64,000 bases of DNA from Macrostomum lignano (Eukaryota). The translations under genes and the position numbers were made by a program. Where the stretch lies: NCBI GenBank assembly GCA_002269645.1, contig NIVC01002332.1:1-64000 (forward strand), written 5' to 3'. Positions within the stretch are counted from its first letter, which is position 1; every line of letters starts with the position of its first letter. The notes under the pieces are model-generated. The model was not told the DNA's origin. It worked only from the letters and a program-made list of their open reading frames with translations, and ran no database searches. Shown here piece by piece: positions 24,069 to 38,700 of the stretch.

Positions 24069-25299
24069 CAGAAGTCGGTCTGTCCAGATAAAACAGACGT
24101 TAGAAAGCAGCTCAACGCCTAACCCAGTGGAGATATGAACCGCATCCCCCCCGAGACGAAAACCGAGGCGTGCTGTGAATTGCAACACTTGGGGCTGAGA
24201 TCTGAGGAAAGTTGAGCATTGCATGGTTTCGGCGTGGAAAATTCAAACCAAGGAGTACTTTTTTATGAATCCATTTTGTCATTTTTAGCTGACTGTGTAA
24301 CATGTGTAACGGAGATGATAAAATAGATTCATAAAATCCAAGATTCGAGCCGTGCCATGCATTTTTATGATTTCAGGTACAGGTAATGTACGTAGACAAA
24401 AAATTAACATAGAATCCTAATTTTCTGAGCGAAAAGCTTTATGGATATCAATAGAGCTATAAGAAAGGCACAAAGCACAACATATGAAAAGATGAACATT
24501 GGGTCTGCCTCCCATCGAAAGCAATAACATTTTTTGTGCTGAAAAAACGAAAACTTCCTATTCAAAACTTTATCCATGAAACGTGAGTGTCGCGTCCTGT
24601 ATATACGTTGCTTTAGTGGTCCTTGATTCAAACATGTTTTTAAGTGTTCATGGGCGCTCAAGAAAACGTTTAGGCTTGTACTTTATAAGTTCCTCTTAAT
24701 ATACCTTACTAATACCTATTTTGTACAACTATATATTTATTAAATACGGAATCAATGGGAATCATTTGACTACACAAGAGCTGATAGAATTACTGTGTGA
24801 ATATAGAAATTAAGCTGCGCGCAAGACAGCAAAGCAGAATAGTACAAAAGTAAAGAAAATTTTGTTTACGACCAAATCAGGCAGCATAGAACCCAACTAA
24901 ATTCCGCAGCATAAGAACTGAGCCGAGTCCAATTTGTGCGAGACTTCTTACAATCCAACTATGTCTCATGCTTCTTTAAATTAATCCGCGCTCATTCGCG
25001 CAAGAAATGACATTATTTTAGCTGCTATGGGCTGCTATGAAAAGGATGCGTCTCTTGGAGAGAGGCCCGTTCTCGGTAAATTAGTCGGGGGACATTGGAT
25101 CGAGTGGACTAAGGAAGATTCTTTTTGATTCGGGAAGAAGTTTCAAAAATTTCATCGAAGGTTACGAGCGGATTAAGCAATGATCAAAAAACTTTTCGAA
25201 GATTCCTTAAGTATTATAACAGCAACTATTGGGTTAAAGTGCGACAATTAAAAATTTCTTTGAGGGCTAAGGAGCTTGCAGCGATTCCTGAAATAAGTT

Positions 25300-25985
25300 G
25301 AAGGCGATTTCTCAGAGTTTGAGGGCGATTCCTCAGAGTTTGAGAGCGATTCCTTGGAGTTTGAGGGCGATTCCTTGGAGTTTGAGAGCGATTCCTTGGA
25401 GTTTGAGGGCGATTCTTTAGAGTTTGAAGGCGATTTCTCGGAGTTTGAGGGCGATTCTTTAGAGTTTGAGAGCGATTCCTTGGAGTTTGAGGGCGATTCC
25501 TCAGAGTTTGAGGGCGATTCTTTAGAGTTTGAGAGCGATTCCTTGGAGTTTGAGGGCGATTCCTCAGAGTTTGAGGGCGATTCCTCCGAGTGTGAGGGCG
25601 ATTTCTAAGAGTTGAGGGCGATTCCTCAGAGATTGAGGGCGATTCCACAAAGTCTGAGGGCGATTCCTCAGAGTTTGAGGGCGATTCCTCCGAGTGTGAG
25701 GGCGATTTCTAAGAGTTGAGGGCGATTCCTCAGAGATTGAGGGCGATTCCACAAAGTCTGAGGGCGATTCCTCAGAGTTTGAAGGTGATTCCACAGAGTC
25801 TGAGGGCGATTCCTCAATAAGTTTGAAGGCGATTCCTCAGAGCCTGAGGGCGATTCCTAAGAGTCTGAGGGCGATTCCTCAATAAGTTTGAAGGGCGATT
25901 CCTCAGAGCCTGAGGGCGATTCCTAAGAGTCTGAGGGCGATTCCTCAATAAGTTTGAAGGGCGATTCCTCGAAGTTCGAGGGTGA
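25300..25985. repeat. 21-bp minisatellite (GAGTTTGAGGGCGATTCCTCA)
   Basis: About 32 units with higher-order variant blocks. Confidence 0.95.
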
Positions 25986-26477
25986 TTCTTTCTTTAAGAC
26001 GCAGGTAAATGATAAACAGAAATGCTTTCGGAGGCGTGGGTAATTACGTATATCCCTTATTTTCCTAAAAGACCCTTATTTTTTGTTGAATTGTGTTTTT
26101 CACTCAAGCATCGGTGCACCCTTATTCTATACTATCCGGTAATTTGAACAGGCTTTTTACAGGGGGCGGCTAAATTGCAAATGGGCTCCCCGACAGTTCA
26201 CGTGACAAGCTGCTTAGGAAAAGCAAATGTGGGTCACACAGTAATTATGAAATTGCTTTTCTACTTCATCCATGGATAATAAAATGGTTAAGTAATCACT
26301 AATACAGTTGATTATTCTTTGTAATGGGACGGTCAAAAAACTCGATATAAGAAAAATTGTTGAAATGAAATCACGCCACATACGATCGTATCTTGAAAGA
26401 TGAAAATTAAATTATCTAATTAATTATTAATCTCTAAGCATTTCAAGTACTTGAACAGCAGTGTTAATCCTTAAAAT

Positions 26478-26835
26478 CATTGGCATTGTCACTCCTGAAA
26501 ACTGCAACCAGAATGGCATTGTCACTCATTAAAACTGCAACCAAAATGGGATTGTCACTCCTTAAAACTGCAAGCAGAATGGGATTGTCACTCCTGAAAA
26601 CTGCAACCGGAATGGGATTGTCACTCCTGAAAACTGCAACCGGAATGGGATTGTCACTCCTTAAAACTGCAACCGGAATGGGATTGTCACTCCTGAAAAC
26701 TGCAACCAGAATGGCATTGTCACTCATTAAAACTGCAACCAGAATGGGATTGTCACTCCTGAAAACTGCAACCGGAATGGGATTGTCACTCATTGAAACT
26801 GCAACCAAAATAGCATTGTCACTCTGTAAAAGTGC
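26478..26835. repeat. 33-bp minisatellite (GGATTGTCACTCCTGAAAACTGCAACCGGAATG)
   Basis: About 10 units; the translated ORF has 11-aa periodicity. Confidence 0.95.
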
Positions 26836-27252
26836 AACCGGGATGACATGGTCACTCAAAGTTGAATCAGAAAGGATTAATAAATAATTTAGAAGAATCC
26901 AATCACAAATAATCAAATTCACTAGAATCAACACATTATCACGTAATCACCGAATGATAGCCATACATAAATTTGTATTTTAATATTCAAACACGGAAAC
27001 TACTCAAGATGGGATGCGATTGTAGAATAAAAATATAGAATCATGGAACAGACATGGAACATTATTCTCTTCGGAAATTGTCAGCAATACTTGTAGCGGC
27101 CTGATTGCAATGAATTAATTTTACAAAACGACTACAAAATCAAGAGCATTTTTTGAGTCAGGGATCATTGGAATATAGAGAGAATAAAACCTTGACACGG
27201 ATTAAGTTAAGTTGATAATTGTAAAATTATTGCAGAATCTATTATCAGTGTC

Positions 27253-30200
27253 CTATCTGACAGTTTCAGTCTCCAGCCGGTGCAGATGGGGCGATATCTC
27301 GTAGTCGGGCAGGACCAGAGAGAACTCCAGGCCAACAAGGATAGGCAGTTCAAACAGCAGAATCTCTCGTTTAGCCAAACGAAACGCAGTTTCCAGTTCC
27401 TGATGAAACGGCAAGTTTGGGGCTGACATTGTCCCGCAGTCACTCCTGAGTGCAACTCATACACAACGCTCACACAGGGTGCACAGCGGCCCATTGTGCC
27501 AGAGATCCAATAATAAAGCAAAGGTAGGAAGATGCCTTACGTCGAATAAGTTGTTCAATTCGGCTCCTTTGACGTCGTTGAGCTTAGCGGACAGGACCAG
27601 GCTAGCGGCGCAGCAGCACTTCCTATTGGCCTTGTTGATGAGGCCTTTCAGTGCCAGCTTCTCGAAGAATACAAACGATTGGGCCAAAGTCCACAGGTCC
27701 ATGCTCGACTGCGTTGTGAAAAAATAGGGAGAAAAACGTTGAATGGGAGACACACGAGACAAGAAGGGGTGTCTCACGGTATGAATAGAGACAGGAAGGG
27801 TGTCCCACAGCATGGATAGAGAGACAGGAAGGGGTGTCCCACAGCATGAATAGAGACAGGAAGGGGTGTCCCACAGCATGGATAGAGACAGGAGGGGGTG
27901 TCTCACAGCATGGATAGAGAGACAGGAAGGGGTGTCCCACAGCATGGATAGAGACAGGAAGGGGTGTCCCACAGCATGGATAGAGAGACAGGAAGGGGTG
28001 TCCCACAGCATGGATAGAGAGACAGGAAGGGGTGTCCCACAGCATGGATAGAGACAGGAAGGGGTGTCTCAAAGCATAAGGATAGAGACAGGAAGGAGTG
28101 TCCCACAGCATGGATAGAGACAGGAAGGAGTGTCCCACAGCATGGATAGAGACAGGAAGGGGTGTCCCACAGCATGGATAGAGACAGGAAGGAGTGTCCC
28201 ACAGCATGGATAGAGACAGGAAGGGGTGTCCCACAGCATGGATAGAGACAGGAAGGAGTGTCCCACAGCATGGATAGAGACAGGAAGGAGTGTCCCACAG
28301 CATGGATAGAGACAGGAAGGAGTGTCCCACAGCATGGATAGAGACAGGAAGGGGTGTCCCACAGCATGGATAGAGACAGGAAGGAGTGTCCCACAGCATG
28401 GATAGAGAGACAGGAAGGGCTGATTGACAGCATGTATAGATACAGGAAGAGTGTCTCACAGAAGGCACAGAGGACAAGAAGGTGGATGCTATGCTCCAAA
28501 AAAGTTAAAACAGGGTTGCACAAACTTTACCTTTTTAGCAATTCTGTGCAGATCGGCTTTCAAGCTGCGCAGTTTACTCAAAGTCAACTGGATCTGGGGA
28601 AATCTCTCGCGAAATTGTTGATTTAAATCCTTCTTCAGATCCGACGGTCGAACGTATTCCATCACGGATGTCTTAAAGAGACAGGCCATTGTGAAAAAGG
28701 CATGCTTTAAATAAGAAAACTGACAAAATTGAAAGAATTGAACTTACCACGTAGGAGGTGAAATTGAGCACAGTCATATGCTTTCCGCAGGTCAAATCCG
28801 GGTTGTCCAGCAGGTGAGGATGGTAGACAACCAATGGAGCGGATTCTTTAACTGCGCGACAAAACGGAGTAAAAATATGAATAAATTGATACTCGTTCAA
28901 GTTAAAAATGGAAATATTAGTCTATACCTAGATAATTTTACATAGACAAAAATAAATATGGCTGCTCTATATTAGTTGGTAATAATAAATAACACAATTA
29001 CGCATATCTGTCTATACATGTCAGTTATTAAAAGTTAATTGGTAAAATATTAAGATCACTCTAAACCCAAGAACACAATAGACACTGTACCGCAAGGTGC
29101 ATACATCAGGTAGATAACTATTCATTTTATAGAACCACCGAAAATTCCACATGCCCGTGAATTTTAGGTTTAATAGGTTTAGAGACTGGAAAAGTGGAAA
29201 ATCGATAAAACAGACACGCGGAGGGAGGTGGGTGGGTTGAGGGACAGGCTGGAAAATCGATAAAAACACACACGCAGAGAGAGGTGGGTGGGTGGAGGGA
29301 CAGGCTGGAAAATCGATAAAACACACACGCGGAGGGAGGTGGGTGGGTTGAGGGACAGGCTGGAAAATCGATAAAACACACACGCGGAGGGAGGTGGGTG
29401 GGTTGAGGGACAGGCTGGAAAATCGATAAAACACACACGCGGAGGGAGGTGGGTGGGTTGAGGGACAGGCTGGAAAATCGATAAAACACACACGCGGAGG
29501 GAGGTGGGTGAGTTGAAGGTGTAGACTGAAAAATCGATAAAACACACGCGGAGGGAGGTGGGTGGGTTGAAGGTGTAGACTGAAAAATCGATAACACAGA
29601 TTAAGAAGAAAAGGTTTAATAACAGCTGGAAAAGAGTATGGGTCGAGTTTTGAAAAAATATAAAGTAGAAAAAGCTGATGACGGCATCGTGCAGAAATAG
29701 TGTCGTATCAAAGAAAAACAAGCTTTTACTGTTATTAGAAACAGCTAATGTCCGACGTCTGCGGGTGTGGGCTGTAATAAGGGTGCGTTCAGGTGATTTA
29801 TGGTAAGAAAAACTGAAAAGTGCAGATATACACACAATAGAAGAATGCACACTAGTTATTAAAGAGCTGAACTGGTATATTAAAACAATAGGGTCCTAAG
29901 AAAATCACCCATTCTTTTTGCCTTTGGATTAAGGTAAAAACCCATAAAACTTTTTTATCGCAGCGCCAACAAAATGTAAATTTACTGTCAGAAAAATCGA
30001 TTTCGCTTGTTTTTTTGTCAAAGTGCGGACGATTGTCACTGACATCATTGTCACTTTGTCACTAATAGACAGTCAGATTGTCACTGACATCATTGTCACT
30101 TTGTCACTAATAGACAGTCAGATTGTCACTGACATCATTGTCACTTTGTCACTAATAGACAGTCAGATTGTCACTGACATCATTGTCACTTTGTCACTAA

Positions 30201-31370
30201 TAGACAGTCAGATTGTCACTGACATCATTGTCACTTTGTCACTAATAGACAGTCAGATTGTCACTGACATCATTGTCACTTTGTCACTAATAGACAGTCA
30301 GATTGTCACTGACATCATTGTCACTTTGTCACTAATAGACAGTCAGATTGTCACTGACATCATTGTCACTTTGTCACTAATAGACAGTCAGATTGTCACT
30401 GACATCATTGTCACTTTGTCACTAATAGACAGTCAGATTGTCACTGACATCATTGTCACTTTGTCACTAATAGACAGTCGGATTGTCACTGACATCATTG
30501 TCACTTTGTCACTAATAGACAGTCAGATTGTCACTGACATCATTGTCACTTTGTCACTAATAGACAGTCAGATTGTCACTGACATCATTGTCACTTTGTC
30601 ACTAATAGACAGTCGGATTGTCACTGACATCATTGTCACTTTGTCACTAATAGACAGTCGGATTGTCACTGACATCATTGTCACTTTGTCACTAATAGAC
30701 AGTCAGATTGTCACTGAAATCATTGTCACTTTGTCACTAAGAGACAGTCAGATTGTCACTGACATCATTGTCACTTTGTCACTAATAGACAGTCAGATTG
30801 TCACTGACATCATTGTCACTTTGTCACTAATAGACAGTCAGATTGTCACTGACAGCTAGTCAGATGGTCACTGACAGATTCGAATTGTCACTGATAGACA
30901 GTCCAAACAATTGTTAATGACAGTGTCAAATTGTCAAGTACTGATAGACAATCAGATTGTCACTGACAGCCAGTGAAATTGTCACGGACAGTCAAATTGT
31001 CACAAAAAAGACAATCGAGTTGTCCCAGACAGAGCTAACGTATATTTTCTATCACTATTATTATAGGCACTCACTTGGAGATATAGATAGGCCAGTCTGG
31101 TTAGCGGCTGGCGGGTAGGACTCGTGCTCATCAACCGACAGGTAGCGCTTGTAAGAGCCGCTCTCTCGTCGGCGACGAACGGCAGACGGTTGCAGCAGAT
31201 GACCGTAGGACACGGACTGCGGTGGCCATGGGTGTGAATGGCAATACGATAATCATTATTGCTGCATGCCTGTGCTGGATTATAAGCTTCACATTCAAAC
31301 AGTGCGCTAGTTCTCTTCCCTGCTGTCTTCTCCCTCTCTTCCTCTTAGCCTCCCTCTAACTAACTAACTC

Positions 31371-31429
<59 letters not shown>

Positions 31430-31450
31430 GCCTAACTAACTAACTAACTT

Positions 31451-31509
<59 letters not shown>

Positions 31510-31574
31510 TACTAACTAACTAACTAACTCACTAACTAACTAACTAACTAACTGCCTAACTAACTAACTAACTT

Positions 31575-31633
<59 letters not shown>

Positions 31634-31658
31634 TACTAACTAACTAACTAACTAACTC

Positions 31659-31697
<39 letters not shown>

Positions 31698-31746
31698 CAC
31701 TAACTAACTAACTCACTAACTAACTGCCTAACTAACTAACTAACTT

Positions 31747-31793
<47 letters not shown>

Positions 31794-31794
31794 T

Positions 31795-31829
<35 letters not shown>

Positions 31830-31830
31830 T

Positions 31831-31868
<38 letters not shown>

Positions 31869-31872
31869 CAAA

Positions 31873-31923
<51 letters not shown>

Positions 31924-32681
31924 TTAACTAACTAACTAACCAATCAACTAATAAGTAACTAACTAACTAACCCTAACAAACTAACTAGTGCATATTTGAT
32001 TCATGCTGCTGCAGTTTCCTAATGACGCACCTGATTTTCTTCGAAACGCGGCAAAACTCCAAATTGGGCCAGCAGGCTCTCATGAGTCGGCGACACGCTT
32101 CCGCTGGAGTGATGACGGAGTCTGGATTCTGGTTGGTCGCTTCGGCTGGATGAAAGACGATTCGGGAGCAGGGAGGTTGCAATGATAGCCGGTGTGCTTG
32201 CGACAGAGTAGAATCTAGCTAGACTCTAGCAAATATTTCAAACCTTAGTATTCGAAGAATCGTGACAATATTGGCTTAATTAAAAACCCAATGCACTGAC
32301 AGACGAAGTGATGATATAAATGAAATTCTGATACTGAGCCGTACCAGACGGTACAGAGAGACGGACACTAAGACAGACGGACAGACCGACAGACAGACAG
32401 ATAGACAGACAAACAGACAAACTGACATTGAGAAAGACAGACAGACAGGCAGACAGGCAGACAGGCAGGCAGAAAGGCAGGCAGACAGACAGGCAGGCAG
32501 GCAGAAAGGCAGGCAGACAGACAGGCAGGCAGGCAGACAGGCAGGCAGGCAGACAGGCAGGCAAGCAGACACTAAGACAGGCAGACAGCCTATATATACA
32601 TACAGCCTTTACAGCCTATACATACATACAAACAGACAGACAAGCAGCCATTAAGAAAGACAGACAGACAGACAAACAGGC

Positions 32682-32726
<45 letters not shown>

Positions 32727-35700
32727 CACAGACAGACAAACTGACATTGAGAAAGACAGACAGACAGACAGGCAGGCAGGCAGACACTAAAACAGGAAGA
32801 CAGCCTATATATACTCGTATATACAGCCTATACATACATACAGACAGACAGACAAACAGCCATTGAGAAAGACAGACAGACAGACAAACAGGCCGACAGA
32901 CAGACAGACAGACAGACAGGCAAGAATGGAAGTCCTGAACAGTAAAAGTCACTAGAAGGACAGTAGTATAGAATGTAGAAGCATAGAGTATTTAAGAGAA
33001 AAGATTAGCAAGGCAAGCTGTCAGCAGTCCAGAAACATTGAACTAATTAAAAAAACATACCTTGCATTAGCCGAAGAGTCGCGACAAAATTTGACGATTG
33101 AAAAGGCATAGAATGGCGACTTCCGGTTAGTAACAAGGACGCATCTGTAAATAGTTTAAGGAGGCAAAATACAGTTTTATATTATATAACGCTTTACTAA
33201 ACTAGAACTTCCAGAAAAAGTTTATAAATAGATGCAAGAAGCAGCAGTAGAGTTCACTCAATCAATGGATGCTAAAACTCATTCATTGGCATGCACTTCC
33301 GGTTGGCAATGCAAACGCAAGCTAAATACAATGCAGTATTACTGTATTACACTACATCCTGCACTATAATACCAGCTTCAATCACAATGGAAGCGTGCGC
33401 TGGGACATGAACTCTGCTATTGAATAATTCATAGAACGTTTTATTCAAGATGCAATATACCTTTCGCTTAAGCGATCCTTCTTGACAACTAGGCCAGTAG
33501 TGGTGGGCGGACAGCGATAAACACCTTTCGGCGGAGATATTGGAAACTCCGTGATTGAGTCGGTTGAAGTCGAGACTGAACTGGACTTATGCCGCTGTCG
33601 ACCGACTAGATTTAGAGTTTGAAATTTTTGCGTTTCATTATAACAAGCAATAGTAATTCGCAGACTGTTTATTTAATTAGATAGTTATAATATTGTAAAC
33701 TTCTTAGGTATAGTAAATGCGTTTATCGTATATGCATATTTATTAAATATATTTTGGTAAACTGCTGTACTGCATATTGGCAGACAGCTATTCCTAGCTA
33801 TCTAAAGTAGTAGGGAAAATGTGGGAAGTGGACACTGTTGCAGGGAAAGCCGTGGAAACTCCGTGGGCCCGTATCGGACGGGCGCCTATGTGTTAGCATG
33901 GGAGAACTCTTGCCCACCGGGAAGCCGCGGAAATTCCGTGGGCCCGAATCAGATGGGCGCCTATGTGTTGGCATGGGAGAACTCTTGCCCACCGGGGAAG
34001 CCGTGAAAATTCCGTGGGCCCGAATCAGACGGGCGCCTATGTGTTGGCATGGGAGAACTCTTGCCCACCGGGGAAGCCGTGGAAATTCCGTGGGCCCGAA
34101 TCAGACGGGCGCCTATGTGTTAGCATGGGAGAACTCTTGCCCGCAGGGAAAGCCGCGGAAATTCCGTGGGCCCGAATCAGATGGGCGTCTATGTGTTAGC
34201 ATGGGAGAACTCTTGCCCACAGGGAAAGCCGTGGAAATTCCGTGGGCCGGTATCAGACGGGCGCCTATGTGTTAGCATGGGAGAACTCTTGCCCACAGGG
34301 AAAGCCGTGGAAATTCCGTGGGCCGGTATCAGACGGGTGCCTATGTGTTAGCATGGGAGAACTCTTGCCCACAGGGAAAGCCGTGGAAATTCCGTGGGCC
34401 GGTATCAGACGGGCGCCTATGTGTTAGCATGGGAGAACTCTTGCCCACAGGGAAAGCCGTGGAAATTCCGTGGGCCGGTATCAGACGGGCGCCTATGTGT
34501 TAGCATGGGAGAACTCTTGCCCGCAGGGAAAGCCGTGGAAATTCCGTGGGCCGGTATCAGACGGGCGCCTATGTGTTAGCATGGGAGAACTCTTGCCCGC
34601 AGGGAAAGCCACGGAAATACCATGGGCCCTCCTAGTGAGAGTACATAGGCCTTTGGGTTCCTTTCAGCGGGCAGAGCAGCTCAGCGCGGTGAGCGTGTGT
34701 GTGAGTGCGTGCCTGGGTACAGTATTAACGCGCTTATACATGTACACACGCTCACACAGGGTGTATAACGGCCCTGACTGTCTAGTCATCAGGAATGTAC
34801 ACTCTCTCTGCCTTGTGGCTTGGCCCTCAATAAATCGAACGTGCACACTAGCCCCAAATGAAAGTGGCGGCACATGGCATCGAACCAAACAAGTCACAGC
34901 CCTGAGCTACTAAGTTCTCACCCTACAATAAAAAATAATATATTCACCGTTAACTACGCTCATAGATGGCCAATAAAAGTCGTATTGAAAGTTTTGAATT
35001 CTTTCTATCATTTTTCCTCAGTTGCACGCGATTAAGATCAACCAGGCTTTTAGATTATGATGAGGCATCGACCTCAAAAGGACACGCGATGTGGCACAGA
35101 CGCTGGGATGGGAGCGAGTTTTCACCCGGCTGGCGATAGCTATGATTATAAAAAGTGTCGATTCCTCATTCTCAAACTACTTTCCCCTCTAGTTCGAACC
35201 GACCCCGAGGCGATTAAGGAATTCATCCGCAATTTCTCTGTCTTATAGACGGAAATGCATTGAGCCACGAGTTGAAGAAAGAGAAGAAGAAGGGCAGACA
35301 GAAAATTATATAGAAATTTCCCTTAGCCTGTAATACACCGCCAGTGCTAGCATACCAATAGGAAACCGGTGGCGCAAAAACAAGTCAATGAAAGTGAAGT
35401 TCACACAGTCACGTCTCACATGGTTTCGTCTTGAAGCTGCGTAAATTGAAAGGCTGAGTGAAAGGAAGTGGAGCGGAAATGGGGGGGTGGAGAGAAAGGA
35501 GAGAGAAGATCGGAGAGAGTGGGGGCGGAGAGGGGGAGCAGAGGGAGGGGGTGGATACAGAAGGGCGGAAAAAGAGGGAGCGGAAAGGGAGGAGTGGAAA
35601 GAAAAGCAACGGTACACAGAAGGGCGGAGGGAGGGGCGGAAAGAGGAGGAGCAGACAGGGTGCGGAGAGGAGGGGGCGGAGAGATGTGCGGAGAGAGGGG

Positions 35701-38700
35701 CGGAGAGGAGGGGCGGAGAGAGGGGCGGAGAGGACGGGCGGAGAGGAGGGGCGAAGAGAGGGGCGGAGAGAGGTGCGGAAAGAGAAGGAGCGGACATAGG
35801 GGGCGGAGAGGGGGCGGAAAGAGAAGGAGCGGACAAAAGGGGCGGAGAGAGGGGCGGAAAGAGGAGTGGACAAAAGGGGCGGAGAGAGGGGCGAAAAGAG
35901 GAGGAGCGGACATAGGGGGCGGAGAGGGGGGCGGAAAGAGAAGGAGCGGACAAAAGGGGCGGAGAGAGGGCGGAAAGAGAAGGAGGGGACATAGGGGGCG
36001 GAGAGGGGGCGGAAAGAGGAGGAGCAGACAGGGTGCGGAGAGGAGGGGGGAGAGAGGGGCGGAGAGAGGTGCGGAAAGAGAAGGAGCGGACATGGGGGGC
36101 GGAGAGGGGGCGGAAAGAGAAGGAGCGGACAAAAAGGGCGGAAAGAGAAGGAGCGGTCATAGGGGGCGGAGAGAGGGGGCGGAGAGAGGGGGCGGAGAGA
36201 GGGGGCGGAGAGAAGAGCAGTGGGAGACAGAAGGGCAGAGAGTGGGCGGGACAGGAGGTTGGGAGAGGAGCGAAGATGGAGGGCGGAGAGGGGAGCGGAA
36301 AGAGGAGAAACAGACAAAGAGGGCAGAGCGGATGCAGAGACAGACAGAGGGCAGAAAAAGGAGAAACGGACCGCAGGAGCAGACAGGGGGTGGAGAGAAG
36401 AGGAGAGGGATATGCAGGGAAGCCGTGACGGAAACGCAAGAAGAGATGATGATAATATAAGAGTAGAGAGCCTAGAGGAAACATCCGTGGAGGAAACAAT
36501 TAGTTCTAATGAGTGCGTCTTCTTAACCGTTTCATATTAAACAAAAACTCAAGCTATTGCAATTTACATGAGCAGCATAAACCAAAGAAATGACAGCAAA
36601 AATTATACCGCAACACCGAGTAAAGTAAATACTTAATGTGTTAGATAATAAAATCGAAATGCCATCAACACCACGATTGTTATTGATTTTCAATATTGAC
36701 AGATGCTAGCAATAAATACAAGTAATTGCAGCAGGTTTCATACTTAATACTTTTGATTAAACTGCTATACCGATACATATATCTGATATTACCTGCTTGT
36801 ATGGCGGCGTTAACGTTAGCGGGAGCTTAGAATGTTGGGATAACAAGTCATAGGCATTATACACAATGATAAAATCAACACAGATACAAGCCAATAAAAT
36901 ATTAATTATGCTTACAGAAGCTTTCAATTCCACGAAACGATCGAGTCCTAGTTCGCTTTCGAGAGCCGTTCGAAGAGCTGCAGCACAATTTAGTTAGGTA
37001 GGTACAAAATTATAAATTAGTGTCTCAATATCCCTGTGTCACTCTCAATATTCGTGTGTCACTCTCTTTATCCCTGCGTCACTCTCGCTATTCCTGTGTC
37101 ACTCTCGCTATCCCTGTGTCACTCTCGCTATTCCTGTGTCACTCTCTTTATCCCTGCGTCACTCTCGCTATTCCTGTGTTACTCTCGCTATTCCTGTGTC
37201 ACTCTCGCTATTCCTGTGTCACTCTCGCTATTCCTGTGTCACTCTCGCTATTCCTGTGTCACTCTCCCTATTCCTGTGTTACTCTCGCTATTCCTGTGTC
37301 ACTCTCGCTATCCCTGTGTCACTCTCGCTATCCCTGTGTCACTCTCGCTATCCCTGTGTTACTCTCCTTATCCCTGTGTCACTCTCGCTATCCCTGTGTC
37401 ACTCTCGCTATCCCTGTGTCACTCTCGCTATCCCTGTGTTACTCTCCTTATCCCTGTGTCACTCTCCCCATTTCTCCGTTACTCTCCCTATTCTTGCGTC
37501 ACTCTCTTTACCCCTGCGTCACACTCCCTATTCCTGTCGCTATCGCTATCCCTATGCCACTCTCTCTCTATTCGTGTCACTCTTCCTATCCCCGTATCAC
37601 TATCAATATTATTGTCACGCTCAATATCCTTCTGTCACTCTCTCTATCGCTGTGTCACTCTCTCTATTCCTGTGTCACTCTTCATATCCCTGTGTCATTA
37701 TCCCTATCAATGCATCACTATCAATATCACTGTCACACTCAGTATTGCTCCGACAATCTTCACATCCCCTGTCATTCTACATATCACACTTGTAAATCTC
37801 CGTGATTTTTAAGTTGTTCCGTCTCTCTTTACCTCTATTAAATCAAACGATTGCTAGTACTCTGTCATTCCATAAATCCACGATATCTTTATAACACATT
37901 CTCATCATCGCCTACCTAAAAGGCCCTCCAATAATTTCAGCCAAATCTGCGATATCTTCGACGCCGCCTCCACCGCCGACTACGCCGTCGCCACGATCTG
38001 ACGTTGACGAGGCCGCTTGACGACCAAAAATGGAGGAGCCCTGAGCTCCACTACCAATCATAGTGTCGGGTCCAGACAATGAACTGTGATTAGACGACGA
38101 AGTTGTTCGAGATCGATCGGCCCGCTGCCGGCTCCAGCGTCTGCTACTAGAAGAGTAGTCGAAACCAGATGGGACGCTTAATTGAGCTCTAAACTCCGAT
38201 TGAGTTCGATAGCGAACCGCAACGGCTACGCCAGCGTCGGTGGGAGGCGACAGACTCTGGCCGGGCACCTCGACAAACAGCGGCAGCGGCGACTGATCGG
38301 CAGACTGACGCCTGTGCCGATGGTGACCGCCGCTATGCTGCTGCTGGTGGTAGTGCTGGTATTGAGGATTTCTCGTCGACAATGAGCCAGCAACAGCTGC
38401 AGCGGTCGCTGATGATTCCAAACTGTTTCCAATCTGCGAGCACAGAATTATAAAACACCGATATCAATTTCGATGTTTTTTTACTTAAAATCTGTTTTTT
38501 TGCTTGCTTTTCAAAGAAGATGTCCACCAATCGGAACGCCCACTTTCTCCAAAGTTACGAAAACGTAAATTCCTGGAAATCTCCACATCCTCGAAAGTCA
38601 CTTTCAGTAATCAAAAACGTCACTTCCTGGCAACCTCCAAATCTTCGAAAACGTCACTTCCTGGAAACCCCCAAATCTTCGAAAACGTCACCTCCTGGCA

